Origin: Perkinsus olseni
Taxonomy: Eukaryota
Reading direction: 5' to 3'
Assembly (NCBI GenBank): GCA_013115125.1
Contig: JABANN010000122.1
Location: forward strand, 1-64,000
DNA length: 64,000 nucleotides
This document shows positions 49,157 through 63,394 of the stretch, one piece after another. Every line of letters starts with the position of its first letter. The first letter of the stretch is position 1. The notes below the pieces were generated by a model. That model was not told the origin of the DNA. It worked only from the letters and a program-made list of their open reading frames with translations, and made no database searches. The translations under genes were made by a program, and so were the position numbers.

Positions 49157-50631
49157 ATGAACGGTATTCCAACCCCGATGCCTGTTGACTTGTCTGATAT
49201 GGACAAAACTCAGCAGAGAGAGGATGACACTACTAGTGGATCTGAGTCTCAGAAGATCGTTCCTAAGGTAGGCGTCGTGGGCTCCCCTCTCTGGCTCCAC
49301 TTCTCCCTACTTTTCCTCGCAATTCGTCGGGTGTGGCGCTGTATAACTCGGATTTCACTAGTTGATGATTCTCAGGAATGTTCGAATTGCGGAAGGATTC
49401 CTGAGAATCCTTTGCGATGCGGTGTGTGTAAGAAGGTAGTCTACTGCGATCGGAAGTGTCAGAAGGAGGACTGGCGGTTCCACAAACGTATTTGCAAGAA
49501 GCCTCAACCGAAGAAGGATCCTGCTGTCGAGGCTGCTGAGAAGAAGGCAAGGCAACAGCGAGCTGCTGAGAAAAGTGAGCTCTGGAGCTATCCATCAGAG
49601 GAGATTTCAGAACAACGTCTCCTGATATCTCAGAGACCGTCGAGCCATTCCGGTCGACTAAGGATGATGATGTTGTGGTGGAGGATGAGAAGCTGTACTG
49701 GTAGGATGGTCATGAGTCATCAGTACGTCGTCCAACCGTCAACGACAAGGTATCGTCATCGGGAGTGGATACCAGAACATAAGCAAGAATTCAAGCCCCA
49801 CGAGATTGACGTATCGACAGCAGTGGAAGCCGACGCGGCGGAGGCCGGTGCTTCTAGTCCTCAAAAAATCCAAGCGACCGAGTCTGAGGGACACACCGGG
49901 AAGAGTGTGTGGAATACAGCTGATACGTAAGGGCCGCATACCGTCTACTTTCGCCCATCCATCCTTTGGTATCATTCTATTGGTCATCCTATCGATATAA
50001 CCCTGATGTGGTGGCTATTGGTCGAGCGTGTAGTTGGTTGACTCTCATTAGATACGAAGAGCGGAATACCACCGAGTGGGCCAATGATTGGCTCAACAAC
50101 AATCTTCCAGGTAGGAGGAGGAGCAGACACAATAGGGTCGAACGGAGCCTTAAATTCTCCGTCGGTCTAGGCTCTTCCTTTGATGGCCCTGAAGATATCA
50201 GTGTGGTGGTTGATTCCGTGAACAATCTTGAAGGAGATGCTGCCATACCGATCGTCAGAGGTGAGGTCGTCTTAGTTTCCCTTCGAGCTCCACCGTCCCA
50301 TCGATCATCCCTCCGAACAGGTACAGCTCGGTATGTATACGACTACAAGTTTAAATTGGGCACCAGTGTCACGTTCAGGGGTGAGTTGTCGCTGAGGGGA
50401 GGACCGTCGTCTGGGAGAGATCCTCGATCAGGTCTTCAACTTGAAGCGGATATAACCGTGGATGACTTTGCTAATGACATGGAGCCCTACACCTTCCACG
50501 TGAATGTTAAGGACAAGCAGGGTGTTGATAGGGACGCCATCACCACAGCACGGTCTATCATAATTAAGGCCATCATCCCGCAGTTTATTTCCAAATTGGG
50601 CGAATTTGTGACGGAGTACCATAAGCTTTAG
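49157..50631 (+). CDS. zf-MYND plus Aha1 N-terminal domain protein (multi-exon)
   Basis: CSNC...CGVCKKVVYCDRKCQKEDWRFHKRIC (MYND); SVWNTADT|YEERNTTEWANDWL...LEGDA...RG...YVYDY (Aha1_N-like). Confidence 0.8.
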
Positions 50632-50845
50632 ACAGCTATACTCCACCTCCATCATCAGAGCGGCGTGTTCTCTATGCCATATATACCTCGAGTACTGTAC
50701 CGGATAACTCAAAGGATCGACAGAGCTGTTAAAATACCCAAGACACCTCGTCTCCATTGTCCATCACGCGTCTGTGTTCGCAGTGTTAATACCGGTGACG
50801 AGCTGGGGTGGAGGTGGTAAGCAGCGTTACTAGTCGCGCGAATCA

Positions 50846-52226
50846 TGCAAAAGTTCTACACTCCCCAATCGGAGGAGGATGCTCAGTACGAGAGCAACTA
50901 CTATTTGACGTGCTGCGAGGGGCATCCCGTTCCCCTGGCCTGCTGCATACACGTATCGTCATACATAGTTTGTACGCTTCCCGTCGCTAGGGCGCTATCA
51001 TCATAGTCCCGATCATAGTGCTTTCTGGAGTTACCAGGGACTAGTTGATGTCATATCTGCATCATGGAAACAACACTTCTTTGGGGCTCTATGGCCGACA
51101 TATTGAGGAGCTAATCGATCTGCTCAGGAGGACGAGGGATCACATCAATCATCTGGTCGGTCTGGTCTCTGATGAGATGTCGGGCAATCTGTGTTGTTAA
51201 TGACTAGGAGTCTACCATGCGTAGTGTGCAAGAGAGCTTCGACCGAGAGGATGAAACATCAGTCGTTCTTATGGATCGAATGTACACGTCTGCAGGGTGC
51301 CTGACTTATGGATCACCTCCTCCTGTGTCAAGGTACCAACTAGCACTACGGAATGTTCAACGTAGCCGCGACCTTCTCGTAATACTCACTAATGAGCATC
51401 GTAAATCATCATCGACGAAATTGGACGATATACGACGGAGTTGTGAGGAAGCAATCGATCGATGCCGCCGAAAGAAGAATGTTCATTCGCAAGAGTGGCT
51501 AACTTCATATACAACTGCGGTACGGATGGCCGAAAGATTGCGAGCTGCGGGGTCCACAAGTATGATGGCGCCTCTACACGAGTCTACCTCTCGGGCAATG
51601 ATCATCAGGCGTGCAGATGTTGGAAGAGGAGATACAGCGTGAAGTTGGGCGGTTTGTGGTACGAAGAGCTTCTCTCCCCCTTCTGGAGTACACCAATGCC
51701 CTCACCTGTTCACCTCTCAGTTTTCGGATTAGTAGAAGTTGCCTCAGGGACGGTTGAGTTCAACCGACATGAATGATGGGCAGCAGACTTGGGTACAGGA
51801 GGAAGTCAGTACTGCGAGATCGCCGTCATACGTCCGAGCGGGTGGAGGATATGTCGCTCTTGATGAGATGATTAAGGATAAGGAGACCAAGTACCTCCGC
51901 ACCAGATCCACCATGCGGTGATTCATGTTCATTATCAAGAGTTGTGTTGCCTAACTGGCGGGCCACCCAGCAGGAGGAGGAGGAGGACGGTATCCTATCT
52001 GCTGCAAACGAGAGAACTGATCATGTCTCTCGTGACGAGGCGTGAGTGAATATTCCCATGGTACACTCCGGATTGCCCCGAGTAACCCAACACAATGACG
52101 GAGAAACATGCCGCTCAGCGAGGTCGGAATCTCTTGTTCGATCCGCGGGCGAGACGTGCTCCCAGCGGCGTCCGGTGACTCTGATGGTCGTCCGGGCTGT
52201 GTCCATCGATGCCAGCGGCCGCTAGG
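50846..52226 (+). CDS. Hypothetical multi-exon protein
   Basis: Helical exon-like ORFs (YQLALRNVQRSRDLLVIL); structure uncertain. Confidence 0.3.
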
Positions 52227-52369
52227 ACTCTTACAGCCAGAAGTGACGGCGATCTACCTGACAACCCCGTGGTGTCTTCTCTGGACAGGATTGATTGTGA
52301 TATATAACCAGATTCCTGTGGAATACTCCATCTTGCCGACAATGCATGCGATCTGCCGTGTATCCATAC

Positions 52370-53833
52370 GCTAGTACGGAGACGCTTCTTCATACCTTAC
52401 GAGTCATCGGAATGAGCATGTAAACGGGCAGAACAACGACTTACACGGTGAGCGTAGTAAAGAGAGTAATCCTGATAGTGGGACTCGGGTTGATATCGAG
52501 TCCCGAGTTGGATTAGCAATAGCAACGGAGTCTACTACCCCAGGTCGATGTGGAAGTCTGACCTACAATCGGCTGCTGCTGCTGCACCAGGACTGGTCGG
52601 ATGGATGATGATGATGCCTTTACTTCAACTTCAGCATCAGCTGCCCAATCTGTTGCTCTGATCCTGAGCGCAGGACCATCAGAGTCACCACCACCACAGG
52701 GTGGCTGCTGTCTTATACACACACTAGCCTCAACAGACGCTGCCCCCGGGGCAATCTCTCCTTTCGATCCTGGGAATAATGCATTGGTACGAGCGTATGA
52801 CACAATACTGACCAAGATAAGAACTAACGGTTAGCTCCTGGCCGATCGCTGCTAAAACCTCCGTCGCAAGCACATCACATTTAGCTGAGGGTAGATCGTC
52901 GGTCTCCAATACCTCGTCTGCGTCCAACCTTTCAGCGTCATTGATGGCAACCTAATGGAGAGTATACGATGATGGTGAGATAAGCAGGGGGGGGCACTAC
53001 AGTATGTATCACACACTGGCATTCGGCATCATTCCCGAGGCTTTGATCTTTAACGACGACCTTTAATACAGCATCATCATCCTCCCCATCATCCTCGGTA
53101 TCATCATCAGTATGAGCAGCAGCATCGAGTGGTGTAGAATCATAGAGGAGCCGCACCATAGTTGGGGCACGGAATACCTTAGCCATCATCACTGGAGAGC
53201 ATGAACTAACAGGCCTACTTGCAGGGCGTTGATGAGGGGCGATGCATAGATGGCAAACTCCGCCGGGAACTCTTGAACTGGTAGCTCCTGTAGGCGTCCT
53301 AGACGATGATTGAACGTGAACGCCTGCAGACCAGCAGTGCTACCAACACTAGCAGAGGGGAGGAACTACTACCTTCAAATCGTATCCACGACAAGCATGT
53401 GCAGGGAAGAAGCATCCCGCTAGTACTGTCTTGGATAAGGATTCTAAAGAATGGCATGGCAGGAAGCCTGTGGCTGTTGTTGTTGTTGCTGACCAGTAGT
53501 CATGTAGAGGCCTGCTGTTGTCTGTTCATCATCATCATTAGTTGCCCTTATGTAAAGAATTGTTGAACTGCCGTCCCCATCTGCTTTTGTTGTTGTCTCC
53601 TTACCGGCTACAGCTCTCAATGATTGAAGTAATAAAAGTAGATTATCGACATTCTGCAGCTGCATGGTGAGCCTATGATAGCATCCACCAGGCCGATCGA
53701 TGTCGTTACGATGATGGTGCTCTGATGCCGGGTTGCATGCCATACAATATTCAATTGCTGAATCATCGTAACGATGCTGAGCAGGCTGCAAGGATCCCTC
53801 CCTGTTGCCCAGCTTTGCCTGAGGTTCCCCCAT
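52370..53833 (-). CDS. RAD1-like subunit of the 9-1-1 clamp (PCNA-like fold)
   Basis: LQNVDNLLLLLQSL, AEFAIYASPLINALQ|VF, TMVRLLYD, LKVVVKD...CQCVIHT, DADEVLETD follow the order of Rad1 segments; low identity. Confidence 0.5.
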
Positions 53834-54066
53834 ACCAATTGCACATGACCTGGTGATACTAGAGGTTGTGCTGACAGTACGGGCCACTTCCTATCAGCAT
53901 AGCGTTGTTGTTGATTCCATCGGAATAGTCGTGAGGGGCACACGAAGAGCCCATATGATGATGACTAACTCGGTAATGTATCCAAGTGTGATAGGAAACG
54001 GCGTCGTCGATACAACACGATATTAATAATCATCCATTTTTGTTGTTGTTGTTGTTTCAGTAATCA

Positions 54067-55185
54067 TTAATGTTCTCCTTGCTGTCCTGCAGGTTCTACC
54101 ACTGCCTTTTGTGCTACGTACAGCTGCACCACACCCGATACAAAGTGCTTCACTTCGGTGACCTTCAAACCATTAGCATTCATCAGGTCGGTGAACTCCT
54201 CAGGGGAAGGGAACTCGAAAATGGACTTCTCCAGATACCGGTACCTACAGACCCACAGAGTGCACGAAGACTGACCAGGAGGGGAGGGTACTGTTACTCG
54301 TCCATGTTGCCAGATACAACACCACCCAGGATAGGTACCACATACCGAACGAAATACTTAGCAATAGGGGCAAGTATGGTACCAGTAGGAGCAGTAAACT
54401 CTAGTATACCAACACGACTATCCGGGCTTGATACCAATACTCTACTCATCTCTCGAAGGGCTCTGAAGGAATACGCGCCGATGACGATGGCATGATGAAG
54501 ACAGCTAGCTGTTGGGATTGGTGGTGGTGGTGGTGGTAGAACTTACTTGGCTCTGTCTGGAACGTTACGGATACCGAAGGACATGGTGATCTTGTCGATT
54601 GACTCATCAGAAACAGTTGTCAAGTTCTGGGCATCACCAACCTCAAGAGACACTCTATCATCGAGATGCTCCGAGACGATCTTCTCTTTACCAACAGATA
54701 TCATACCTAAAAACAGGAGATACATGAATAAAGATTTAAAGGTTAGTAGGAGAGCTCACCAACACTGGGGTCAATACCCCTGACATGAGTAAGGTTGCCC
54801 ATATGTGCGGCCATGATAGCGACATCACCGGTGCCTGTTGCCAGGTCAAGCAACTTGTCATCAGACTTCAAGTGAAGGGACTCCAACATAGCCTTACGCC
54901 AACTCTGATCAAGTCCGAGGGACATGGCTCTGAGGGGCAGGAAATGGAGGTGACTCGAAGGCATCAGTGACCTCACCTGTTGCCCATATCGTAGTACTGA
55001 GCAATACGATCGAACATCTTGCCGGAACCGAAAGCCTGTCGACTACCATCGGCCACCTTCTGCTGCTGCCCGGCAGTCCTATCAAATGACTGGTCAAGTA
55101 TGACGTTAAGTAGGACCAGGGCCAGGGGCACGAGGAGAGCTACCACCCAACAAAAACGGAGACAGGAGAAGGCAGTACTCGCCAT
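54067..55185 (-). CDS. UbiE/COQ5/MenG-family quinone C-methyltransferase
   Basis: MFDRIAQYYDMGNR|AMSLGLDQSWR, LLDLATGTGDVA, GDAQNL, MSFGIRNV, ALREMSRVL, YRYLEKSI. Confidence 0.9.
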
Positions 55186-55349
55186 GGTGCCGGGAAGAAG
55201 AAGGAAGAGAGCAACTGCAGAGGGAAGCAAGTGTAGAGCACTGGCGCCTACGAACTCGACAATACATACACGAAACAGCTGTTACTGCTGTTACTGCTGA
55301 TTCTAACTGCCAAACATGCCTTCAAAAACTAGATAATAATATCCACGAA

Positions 55350-57312
55350 TCAGGGTTGTTGCTGATATAGACTGAGGTTGTATCTACGAATACCATGATG
55401 GAAACTACTATCACTATCCACTCACTATTACGCTGTGGTATTCCTATCGATGTGGGCTTTTAGATCATCGTATCTGACGATACTATCGAGTTGGACCACA
55501 ACAACAACTGCTATGACTCCCTACTGTTCTCGGAGATGCCACGGCATATCATCATAAACATCATTGAACATGTCTATGATGGGTGCCCTCTTGTGTTTAG
55601 CCGAAGTCTAACGACAGGGGTGCATCAGCTACTGCTGCTGCTGCTCATGCTCAGACCTGCCTGCTACTACCTTCAAGCAGTCCAGGACCTCTGCGCGGTA
55701 CTTTTTACCGCGATTAAGGAACTCATCCTCGGTGATGAGGTCCATCTTAATGAGGAGATTACGGAACCTTAATAATCCAAATCACAATAGTACTTGTTGT
55801 TGTTGTTATGGACCTGCTGATAGGGTCTACACCATCCGATATCCATCCCTTCACTTCAGCATCAGCTCTGTATCTAACAACTACCCATCTCTGGTATTAC
55901 CATAAACAACAGCAGCACCTGGATGAATCATCAGATGTAGAATGATGACCCCTACGATAAGTCATAAGCTCCAGTAGTACCGGCCCTTCACCACCTTAAG
56001 GGGAGAACTACCACTCCCTTGTCCCGTGGGAGGTGCTTACCCAGAGTGATCTCTCGCGCTTGTTTAGTTGCCTCGTATACAGCAATAACATCATTACCAT
56101 CAACTCTTAGGCTTGGTAGTCCATAAGCTACACCACGTATTGCTATACCATCACCAGCATACTGCTCCGATACAGGAGTACCTGTCAATAATAATGATAC
56201 ATCAGTGCTATGAGCAGCCCACAACCTTACTGATGGCATATCCATTATTACGACATACGAAGATGGCCTGACTCTTCATCACACTGGCAAAGTTGATAGC
56301 AGTGGCGAAGTCCCCCTCAGATGCTGCTCCGTCCCCGAAGAAGGTAACAGCACATCGATCAGCACCACTGGGAGGATTAGGAACGGTGGAATGGTGGTGG
56401 ACAGATCGGAACGCATTACTCCAATTTGAAACTATATCCAGCTCCAGATGCGTGGGGTATGTTAACTCCTAATGGTGATGATACTGCTTGGATGTTACCC
56501 TACTACTATGATAGGTAGTGATGATGATGATGATGACTACTACCTGTGGATAGCAGTAGTGTACAGGCATCTGTCTGCCCTTGCCTTGATCATACATGGT
56601 ACTCATACATTGATCGGTAACCTAGTAACGATACAGCTGATGGAGTTGGCGAACTGTGGTTATACTACTTGTTGTGTAGTAAAACCACGATAAAGGAACA
56701 CACCTAATTCCCTATACTGAGGCCATACCATATCCTGGAACTTTAGACCAGCAGCTACTCCTGATAGACAGTAGCCGGGCAGTAGTGGATACGTGAGTAG
56801 CCCCCCTACCGAGTTGTGTGGCCTCCTCACCATAATTTGTCATATAGAAAGATATCCTACCTTGACGCTGAACATCGTAGAGGACCTGGTCGTATGCATT
56901 GACCTAAAGTAGGATGATGCAGTAGTAATAGGAGCCTTCCTAAGGCAGGACCCGTATCATAATATCCAATATATGAAGTGCCTCGTCATTACTAAATGGT
57001 AGGCTGCCATCTGGTGTCATTAACACGCTGTTTTCATCCAACCTCCGGAATACAGGGAAGGGTTCAACATGGGTTACAAACTTGAGGTCATTGCTCCACT
57101 GCCAATACATCATCATCCTCACCACTGCTTGCCTCTACTACCTCAGTTGTCCTTGTACCAGCGAACAAAGGTTCCCCAACCCTACCCAGAGTCTGAGTCA
57201 TACCCTCTCTTGTTGATACACCACGTGATGCAGGCTTGATACATGATGATAGACCACAACACGAAGCAGCACGACCATGTGCAACAGCCACCCGGCCACT
57301 TAACAACAACAT
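55350..57312 (-). CDS. BCKDHA: Branched-chain alpha-keto acid dehydrogenase E1 alpha subunit
   Basis: [65 protein letters not shown]; presequence-like N-terminus. Confidence 0.95.
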
Positions 57313-57440
57313 CTAACAAAGAGGATAATGAGGAAAAGCTGCAATACAGGCCAGGCTTGAGGTCTTGCTGAATCTTGAAATATCTCAACGCTTCTATGTC
57401 ACCTTCGTCTACTACTGTCCATTGAATTTCTCTTTTTATC

Positions 57441-58157
57441 ATGGGATTCTGCGGTCGTGATACATCATTCCTGTGCTGCCTACCAGCGCGTTGGGGTACT
57501 TTCCTCACTACTATTGTTGAAATTATCGTATGTGTTGGTATGGCTATTGTACCAAATATGATGTTATTGCAATCTGCTCTTGCCTTTGATATCCATTGTG
57601 ATGAGTATACCCTTACCCATACACAGGTCTCTCAGCTCACCGAAGACTTTAGACAACAGCTGAGGAGTAGAATATCAACATCAACCATCGAACAGGTCCA
57701 TACAGCATACTATGTGATGTTGGCCTTCATCGCTTTGGGTGCACTTGTCGGTCTTATTGGTTTAGCCTGCCGTAGTCCCTGGATGGTTAAGACTTATGCA
57801 GTATTCGACGGTCTAAGTATCATTGCTATCATTGCCTTAGCCTGTGTCTATGTGTACCCTAACATATCAGCTGTGGCCGCCTCTACCAACTATATCTACT
57901 ATCAGGATCTACCTGAGATCACTGGCCATCCGAGCGAGGATCTTGGAATATCAATCAAGAATGTATCATGGATTGCTGTAACAGGATTCCTAGTAATCCT
58001 GTCTATCATTCGTATATGGTTTGTATCAGTAGCCGCTGATGCAGCTAGAGAGATCCGTCAAGATAACAAGTATATGGTGGTGGACTACAATCAACAACAA
58101 CAACCGCTGTTGGTGGGTGGCCAGCCGAATGGCAGCAGTCGCGTTGTAGTGGTTTGA
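57441..58157 (+). CDS. Four-TM membrane protein, intronless (238 aa)
   Basis: Four hydrophobic segments after SFLCCLP; family not assigned. Confidence 0.7.
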   Translation: MGFCGRDTSFLCCLPARWGTFLTTIVEIIVCVGMAIVPNMMLLQSALAFDIHCDEYTLTHTQVSQLTEDFRQQLRSRISTSTIEQVHTAYYVMLAFIALGALVGLIGLACRSPWMVKTYAVFDGLSIIAIIALACVYVYPNISAVAASTNYIYYQDLPEITGHPSEDLGISIKNVSWIAVTGFLVILSIIRIWFVSVAADAAREIRQDNKYMVVDYNQQQQPLLVGGQPNGSSRVVVV

Positions 58158-58316
58158 GTGTTGATGGAGTAGATGATCATCATTGCAGCTGTCGTAAACA
58201 TCATGGATCGTCGTTAGATAGATTTTCCCACCGCATGTTACTTGTGTTGCCCGTTATATAAATTACTCAACAATATAATAGTAAAAATATCACATAGAGG
58301 ATGATACATTATAAAA

Positions 58317-61300
58317 CTACGCTGCATCAGGTGCGGACGGTAAACTCGGTAAGCCTTCTTCTGCTTGGATTGGTGGTGTGTGTACGCCTGCAGTCGTGCC
58401 CTCTTCACTGACCTCGTTAGATGTACGAGGGGTAGGTGGTGGTGGGAAGGTATCCGATAGGTCAGCAACAACATCTGGGATCTTGATCACAGGCAGCACG
58501 TCGTCGTCATCATCAGGTCTTCTTGTTCCCTCATTGATTATCTTCTCTCCATTAGACCATGTTGCATTAGTGGTAACACCATTATGTACCTCTAGACCAT
58601 GACCATCTCGTACACCCTAACAATGGTATACCCAATATGCTACCGCTGCTGCTGCTACCGCTGTTGATGTTGCTAACCTGTTTGAAGTGTCCATCATACA
58701 TATACCCATCTGGACCTTTCAGTATACCATGTCCACTAGCATATCCTTTATCATCCAACATACCAGCATATCTGTTCATCATCATCATCATCATCATCAC
58801 AAATCAATGGCACAATCATCGTCACTTACGTATAACCAAGTTTAGTATATGTAATTTGGACGCTCTGGCCTGTAGCATTACAGCAACGACCACTCAACCA
58901 CTCTGCCTCGATGACCACCTACACTAGGACACGTGATAACAACGGGAACAACGCTCTTGGTGTGGTATTGAAGTGATGTTAATAATGATAACGAGTGTTG
59001 TTGTTATTACACCCTCATTCACGCAGGTTAGAGTACCACTGCCTGTCCTCTGGCCGGCCACCCATGAGCCTTCATACTCGTATCTTATACAACATGATGA
59101 TGGTAATGATAATATGGAGTTCGAAGTTACTTATTAAGATATACACAAGTACCACTACCATTGGGTAGATCATTCTTAAACCCACCAACATATACTCTGG
59201 ACGATGGATTACTAGGGGAAGTACTGAGACATGTTCATGTAGAGCGGCGCTATGAACATCATCATCACTCACCGTAGTTGACCATTGCCACATCGTTTAT
59301 TGCAATGATATTCCCCAATATAGATGTTACCCTCAGGATCGGTGAAGCGTCCAACACCCTCCTTCATACCATTCCCTGCACTATTCTCTAGTAGGCATAG
59401 TTGTTGTATTGTTGTTATTACTGAATTCTCCTTCATAAACGTTCCGGTCCTTATCAACTAAGCATCCATAACCATCATAACGGTTATTAGAGAAATGCCC
59501 ACTGTACTTCTCTCCAGTCGCCTTATGAGCGCTCCTATCACATAGTGACGATGGTGGTGGTGGTGGTGGATGTGGTACTACTACCTCCCATTGCCCTCTC
59601 TTTTATCATCCTTCCATTCACCATCATACACATACCCTCCATCTTCACACACTAGTTCGCCCCAACCATTACGCAAGTCATTACACCAATTACCATCATA
59701 ACTGAATAATGACGCATCTTAAACAAAGCCACGACCATGCTGCTGCTGCTGCTGCTGCTGTTTACACGATATTGTGTGATGGGCAGATGTACTTCCCACG
59801 ACCATGTCGTTTACCATGTAGCCATTGACCAACATACTGACATCAGAGGCTACTCATGGTCCTTAGTGATGCTGCTGCTGCTGCTCACCTCGTCACCATT
59901 ATCCCAGGTAGCATACCCTTCCCCACTACTCGTTGGTCTCTTTAGGAGACGACGACCCTACCAGTAGTATGAGTAGTAGTATTAGGAGGGGAGGGCCTTA
60001 CCTTGGATGATGATTTACCCTTCTGTGGAGGCTCTCCAGTGGCTGAGGCTAGTATAGCTGTTCCTTCTGATAAATGCTGAACACAACATGAACACCACCA
60101 CCACCTGGTAGGGAGATGATACCTGAGTCGACCGCCACTTGGCGTAGTTGCTAGTTTGCCTCCATCTATCAGCAAAGGTATTCGTAGACTGTGGGTTACT
60201 GCGTATCCTCGAGGCCTGGGTCTGTAGCCAACCCAACCAATACTTCTGTATAACACCTACAAGGGGTCTGTGTAGTCGTCAACAACCACAACACCAACAA
60301 CAATGCGTACTTATTATATTATCCGTAGCCTTAGTGATAGCAGACGTCTCGTCAGGTACATCCTCGCCTGACCAGCAACAACAACAACAGAGTCCCTCCC
60401 AGTCTACCACAGCCCAGTAGCCCACTTGATCCAAGCTTAGCTGAGCTGCTATCCTCGATGCCTGCTGCTGCTGACCCCTCGTTAGGCTGTAGCAGTAACA
60501 GGGAATACTCAGTATTGTGCAGTAGTAGTATGATGGCCTACCCTCTCCGATGAATCACTATCATCATCATTATCGTCATCATCAGTGATCTCATCATCTT
60601 CTTCAACACCAATAGGTGGCTCAAGTGATAGGGGTATTAGTAGATGATCATAGTCTCCACCAGTAGTAGTGCCCTTATTTGATACAACATCATCGTCATC
60701 ATCTTGACCAGGCCAGCCACTCGACTGTAAGTTGATATCGGTCATGATGTTATCTCTAACATTACTCCTCTCATGAACGTAGCTACCGAGAATACTCGAC
60801 GACGACGAAGACAGCGACGACGAGGAGGAGGAGGAACCTGCGGTTGGGTAATGGATGATCCCAGATGATGTTGTGGACTACCTTTGTGATGACGTCGTCG
60901 TGTACGCCTCGAAGTAAGGATGAGTCGATGGACATCGTCTGTTAAGCCATGAAGAGTCTTCATTAACTTCTTCTCATCTTTATCCAGTTTCAGGTACTTC
61001 ATAAGCTCCTTCCCAGCATCATCCACCCCGCCTATCTTGTTGGTACTGAATAGGAATGATAGGTATGAGTATAGTACTACTACTATCGTATTGGTATTAC
61101 ACCACAGTCCTCTTGTCCATGTCCACGATGATGTCAGCTTGGAGGCTACGATGAGACAATAACAAGGAATTACTTGTACCAATGAGGAAGCCTCGGCACT
61201 GAATAGTAGTAATAATAATAAGGATGATGGGTTTACTGGTCTATCTATCGTCACTTGATAAAGGTCGTCCATGAGCTCCAATGAGACGTAGGTGTAAAGC

Positions 61301-63235
61301 GGGCATCTCCCATTAAATAAGCATAAGGGTAGACCATGCCGCTTCAGTGTATAGGAGGGAGCCCCAAACCCTGGACTGCAGATCAATAATCATCATGATG
61401 ACATTAACGCATGGATGCTCATTCAAGTAGTATCACCTATTGAAGCCTAGATAGTTCTGACCAGGCGGTAGGCATGCTAGTATAGCTAAGACGGTACTGG
61501 ACGCCACTCTAGCCTTGGATGAGTATACAATAACTCTTCGCTCTAGCATCACTGCCTGAGGGGTGGTCAGATGATGACGATGCTGGGATGGGATGGTACG
61601 GAGAGTATGGTGGAGTAGCTCACCTTAACAATCCACCAGAGTTTATCATCCAATGCTCGGATAAGTGAGACAACATCAATGCCTCTATGCAGCTCATACG
61701 GACCTACCGATAGTGTACCCTGATGGTGATAATACACTGATTACTCATATTCTGCCATTGAGTAGTCCTATTCAGCTGCTCTACCATCGTCTGTAGTATC
61801 GCTACATCTCCAAAGTCCATTTGCTGATTATGAATAGATGATCAGCATCCATTGTTAGTAATCAATGACGACGTACTTGGAAATATGATACAATTATACA
61901 CTCTACCCTCTGGAGGAGGTTGCCGAAGAATGGTACTTTAGATAGGACCACTACCGCTTTCTGAGTAACACGCTCATGTACACTGGTGATACTAGTCGGA
62001 GAGCAGTATCATCACCTGGACGTATCCTCTTGTTACATCCTTATCTTTATGTATCAACCGACTAGCAGGTACACGGTAGTATATGGATACTCCGAACATG
62101 AGCTCTGATCACCATCAACATCATTAGGATGTAGTGTATGGTATTACCTCCACAATGGGTAGGGAGGATCATGTACACGTAATCAGGCCTAATGGATAAT
62201 AGAGTAAACGTACAGGGATTCGAACCGGTGACCTATCTTTCACTACTTACTTGTTACTATGAGCACCATCTGGTAAGGCAAGCATGGGAATCCATGGCAA
62301 TACTGATGCCAGATCAGTCTTAAGGGATGATGGGGTGGCATCATATTTGATTGGTGCATAGGAGTCAACACTAGGGTAACTTGATAAGGCTACTATCCGA
62401 TTGGCAGAGTTATCGCTGAATTCAACCAGGGAGGCGCCTAAGAAGGATACCTAGTGAGAACAACCCCACTGGGGAGTAGAAACAGAAGGCACACCCTGAC
62501 GACCACTTACAATCATCTTCGCTCAACTCAGGAGCATAGACATACTCTATACATGGGCCGTGGTAGTGATGGAAGTTCACAACCTGAATGATGGCGATGA
62601 TGACCATGACAACAACAACAACAGTAGTAGTAATGCAGGGAAGCGCGTAATAGAGGCAGAGCACCAGCACCTACCGCAACAGCACATATAGCATTGCCAT
62701 GAGCTGTTGGGTCGTAGAGACAAGCCTCGGTGGTGGTGGATGATGAAGAGGCCGCCGACTGAGGGAAGGATAGCCTTCCTAGATTATCATAATACGACTA
62801 ATGATGATGATGCTCACCATTGATGATGCAGTGGTGGTATCTATGCCTCCTTCTCTTCTCTTATGTCGATGATGGTGATGCTTCCCTTTATGACCATTAG
62901 CATAGACAATACTCCGAGCATTGGCTGATGACCCCCCACCACGCCCGCCCTCTATTAATGCTCTAACCATAGCGTATCTACAGCCAGCAATGCAACCACC
63001 AATGTTATACAGTAACATCATCATCATCATCACCCTTGATCATCTTCTACAGTAGAGGTGAGGTCATCATCATCATCATCACTACCGATCTCGTAGATTG
63101 TAGGACTGCTACTAGGGGGGCCTGAGTTCTTGGTAACAACTCTTGGCTACTACAAACATGCCTACCTTCACCACGACCACCAACGCTGGTTGAATGGAGG
63201 AGGGGATTCATATCATCTACAGCTAGCCTTGAGAG

Positions 63236-63274
<39 letters not shown>

Positions 63275-63394
63275 GCCTGAGAGTCCTGCTACTATCCCTA
63301 ACTGTCATCAGGCCCTACCTGATGAGGAGCCATCAGAAGACTCAGAGTCCTTATCGAACCGTCGCTGTACAGAATTCTTCAATTTCTTGAACAT
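58317..63394 (-). CDS. AVL9 (DENN-like) domain protein with C-terminal MORN repeats
   Basis: AICAVA|VVNFHHYHGPCIEY, LALPDGAH, DVTRGYVQ|KAVVVLS, FADRWRQTSNYAKW, then YVGQWLHGKRHGRG, YDGNWCNDLRNGWG, YDGEWKDDKREGNG, YIGEYHCNKRCGNG; start MFKKLK at 63394 is tentative. Confidence 0.8.

Noticed and set aside
62213-62234. tRNA T-arm-like GGTTCGAATCC on the minus strand
   Set aside because: Lies in an AVL9 exon (GSNP); the T stem is imperfect and no cloverleaf forms.
63130-63390. Poly-Met and poly-His ORFs from (ATG/CAT)n runs
   Set aside because: Translations of intronic microsatellites, not real proteins.
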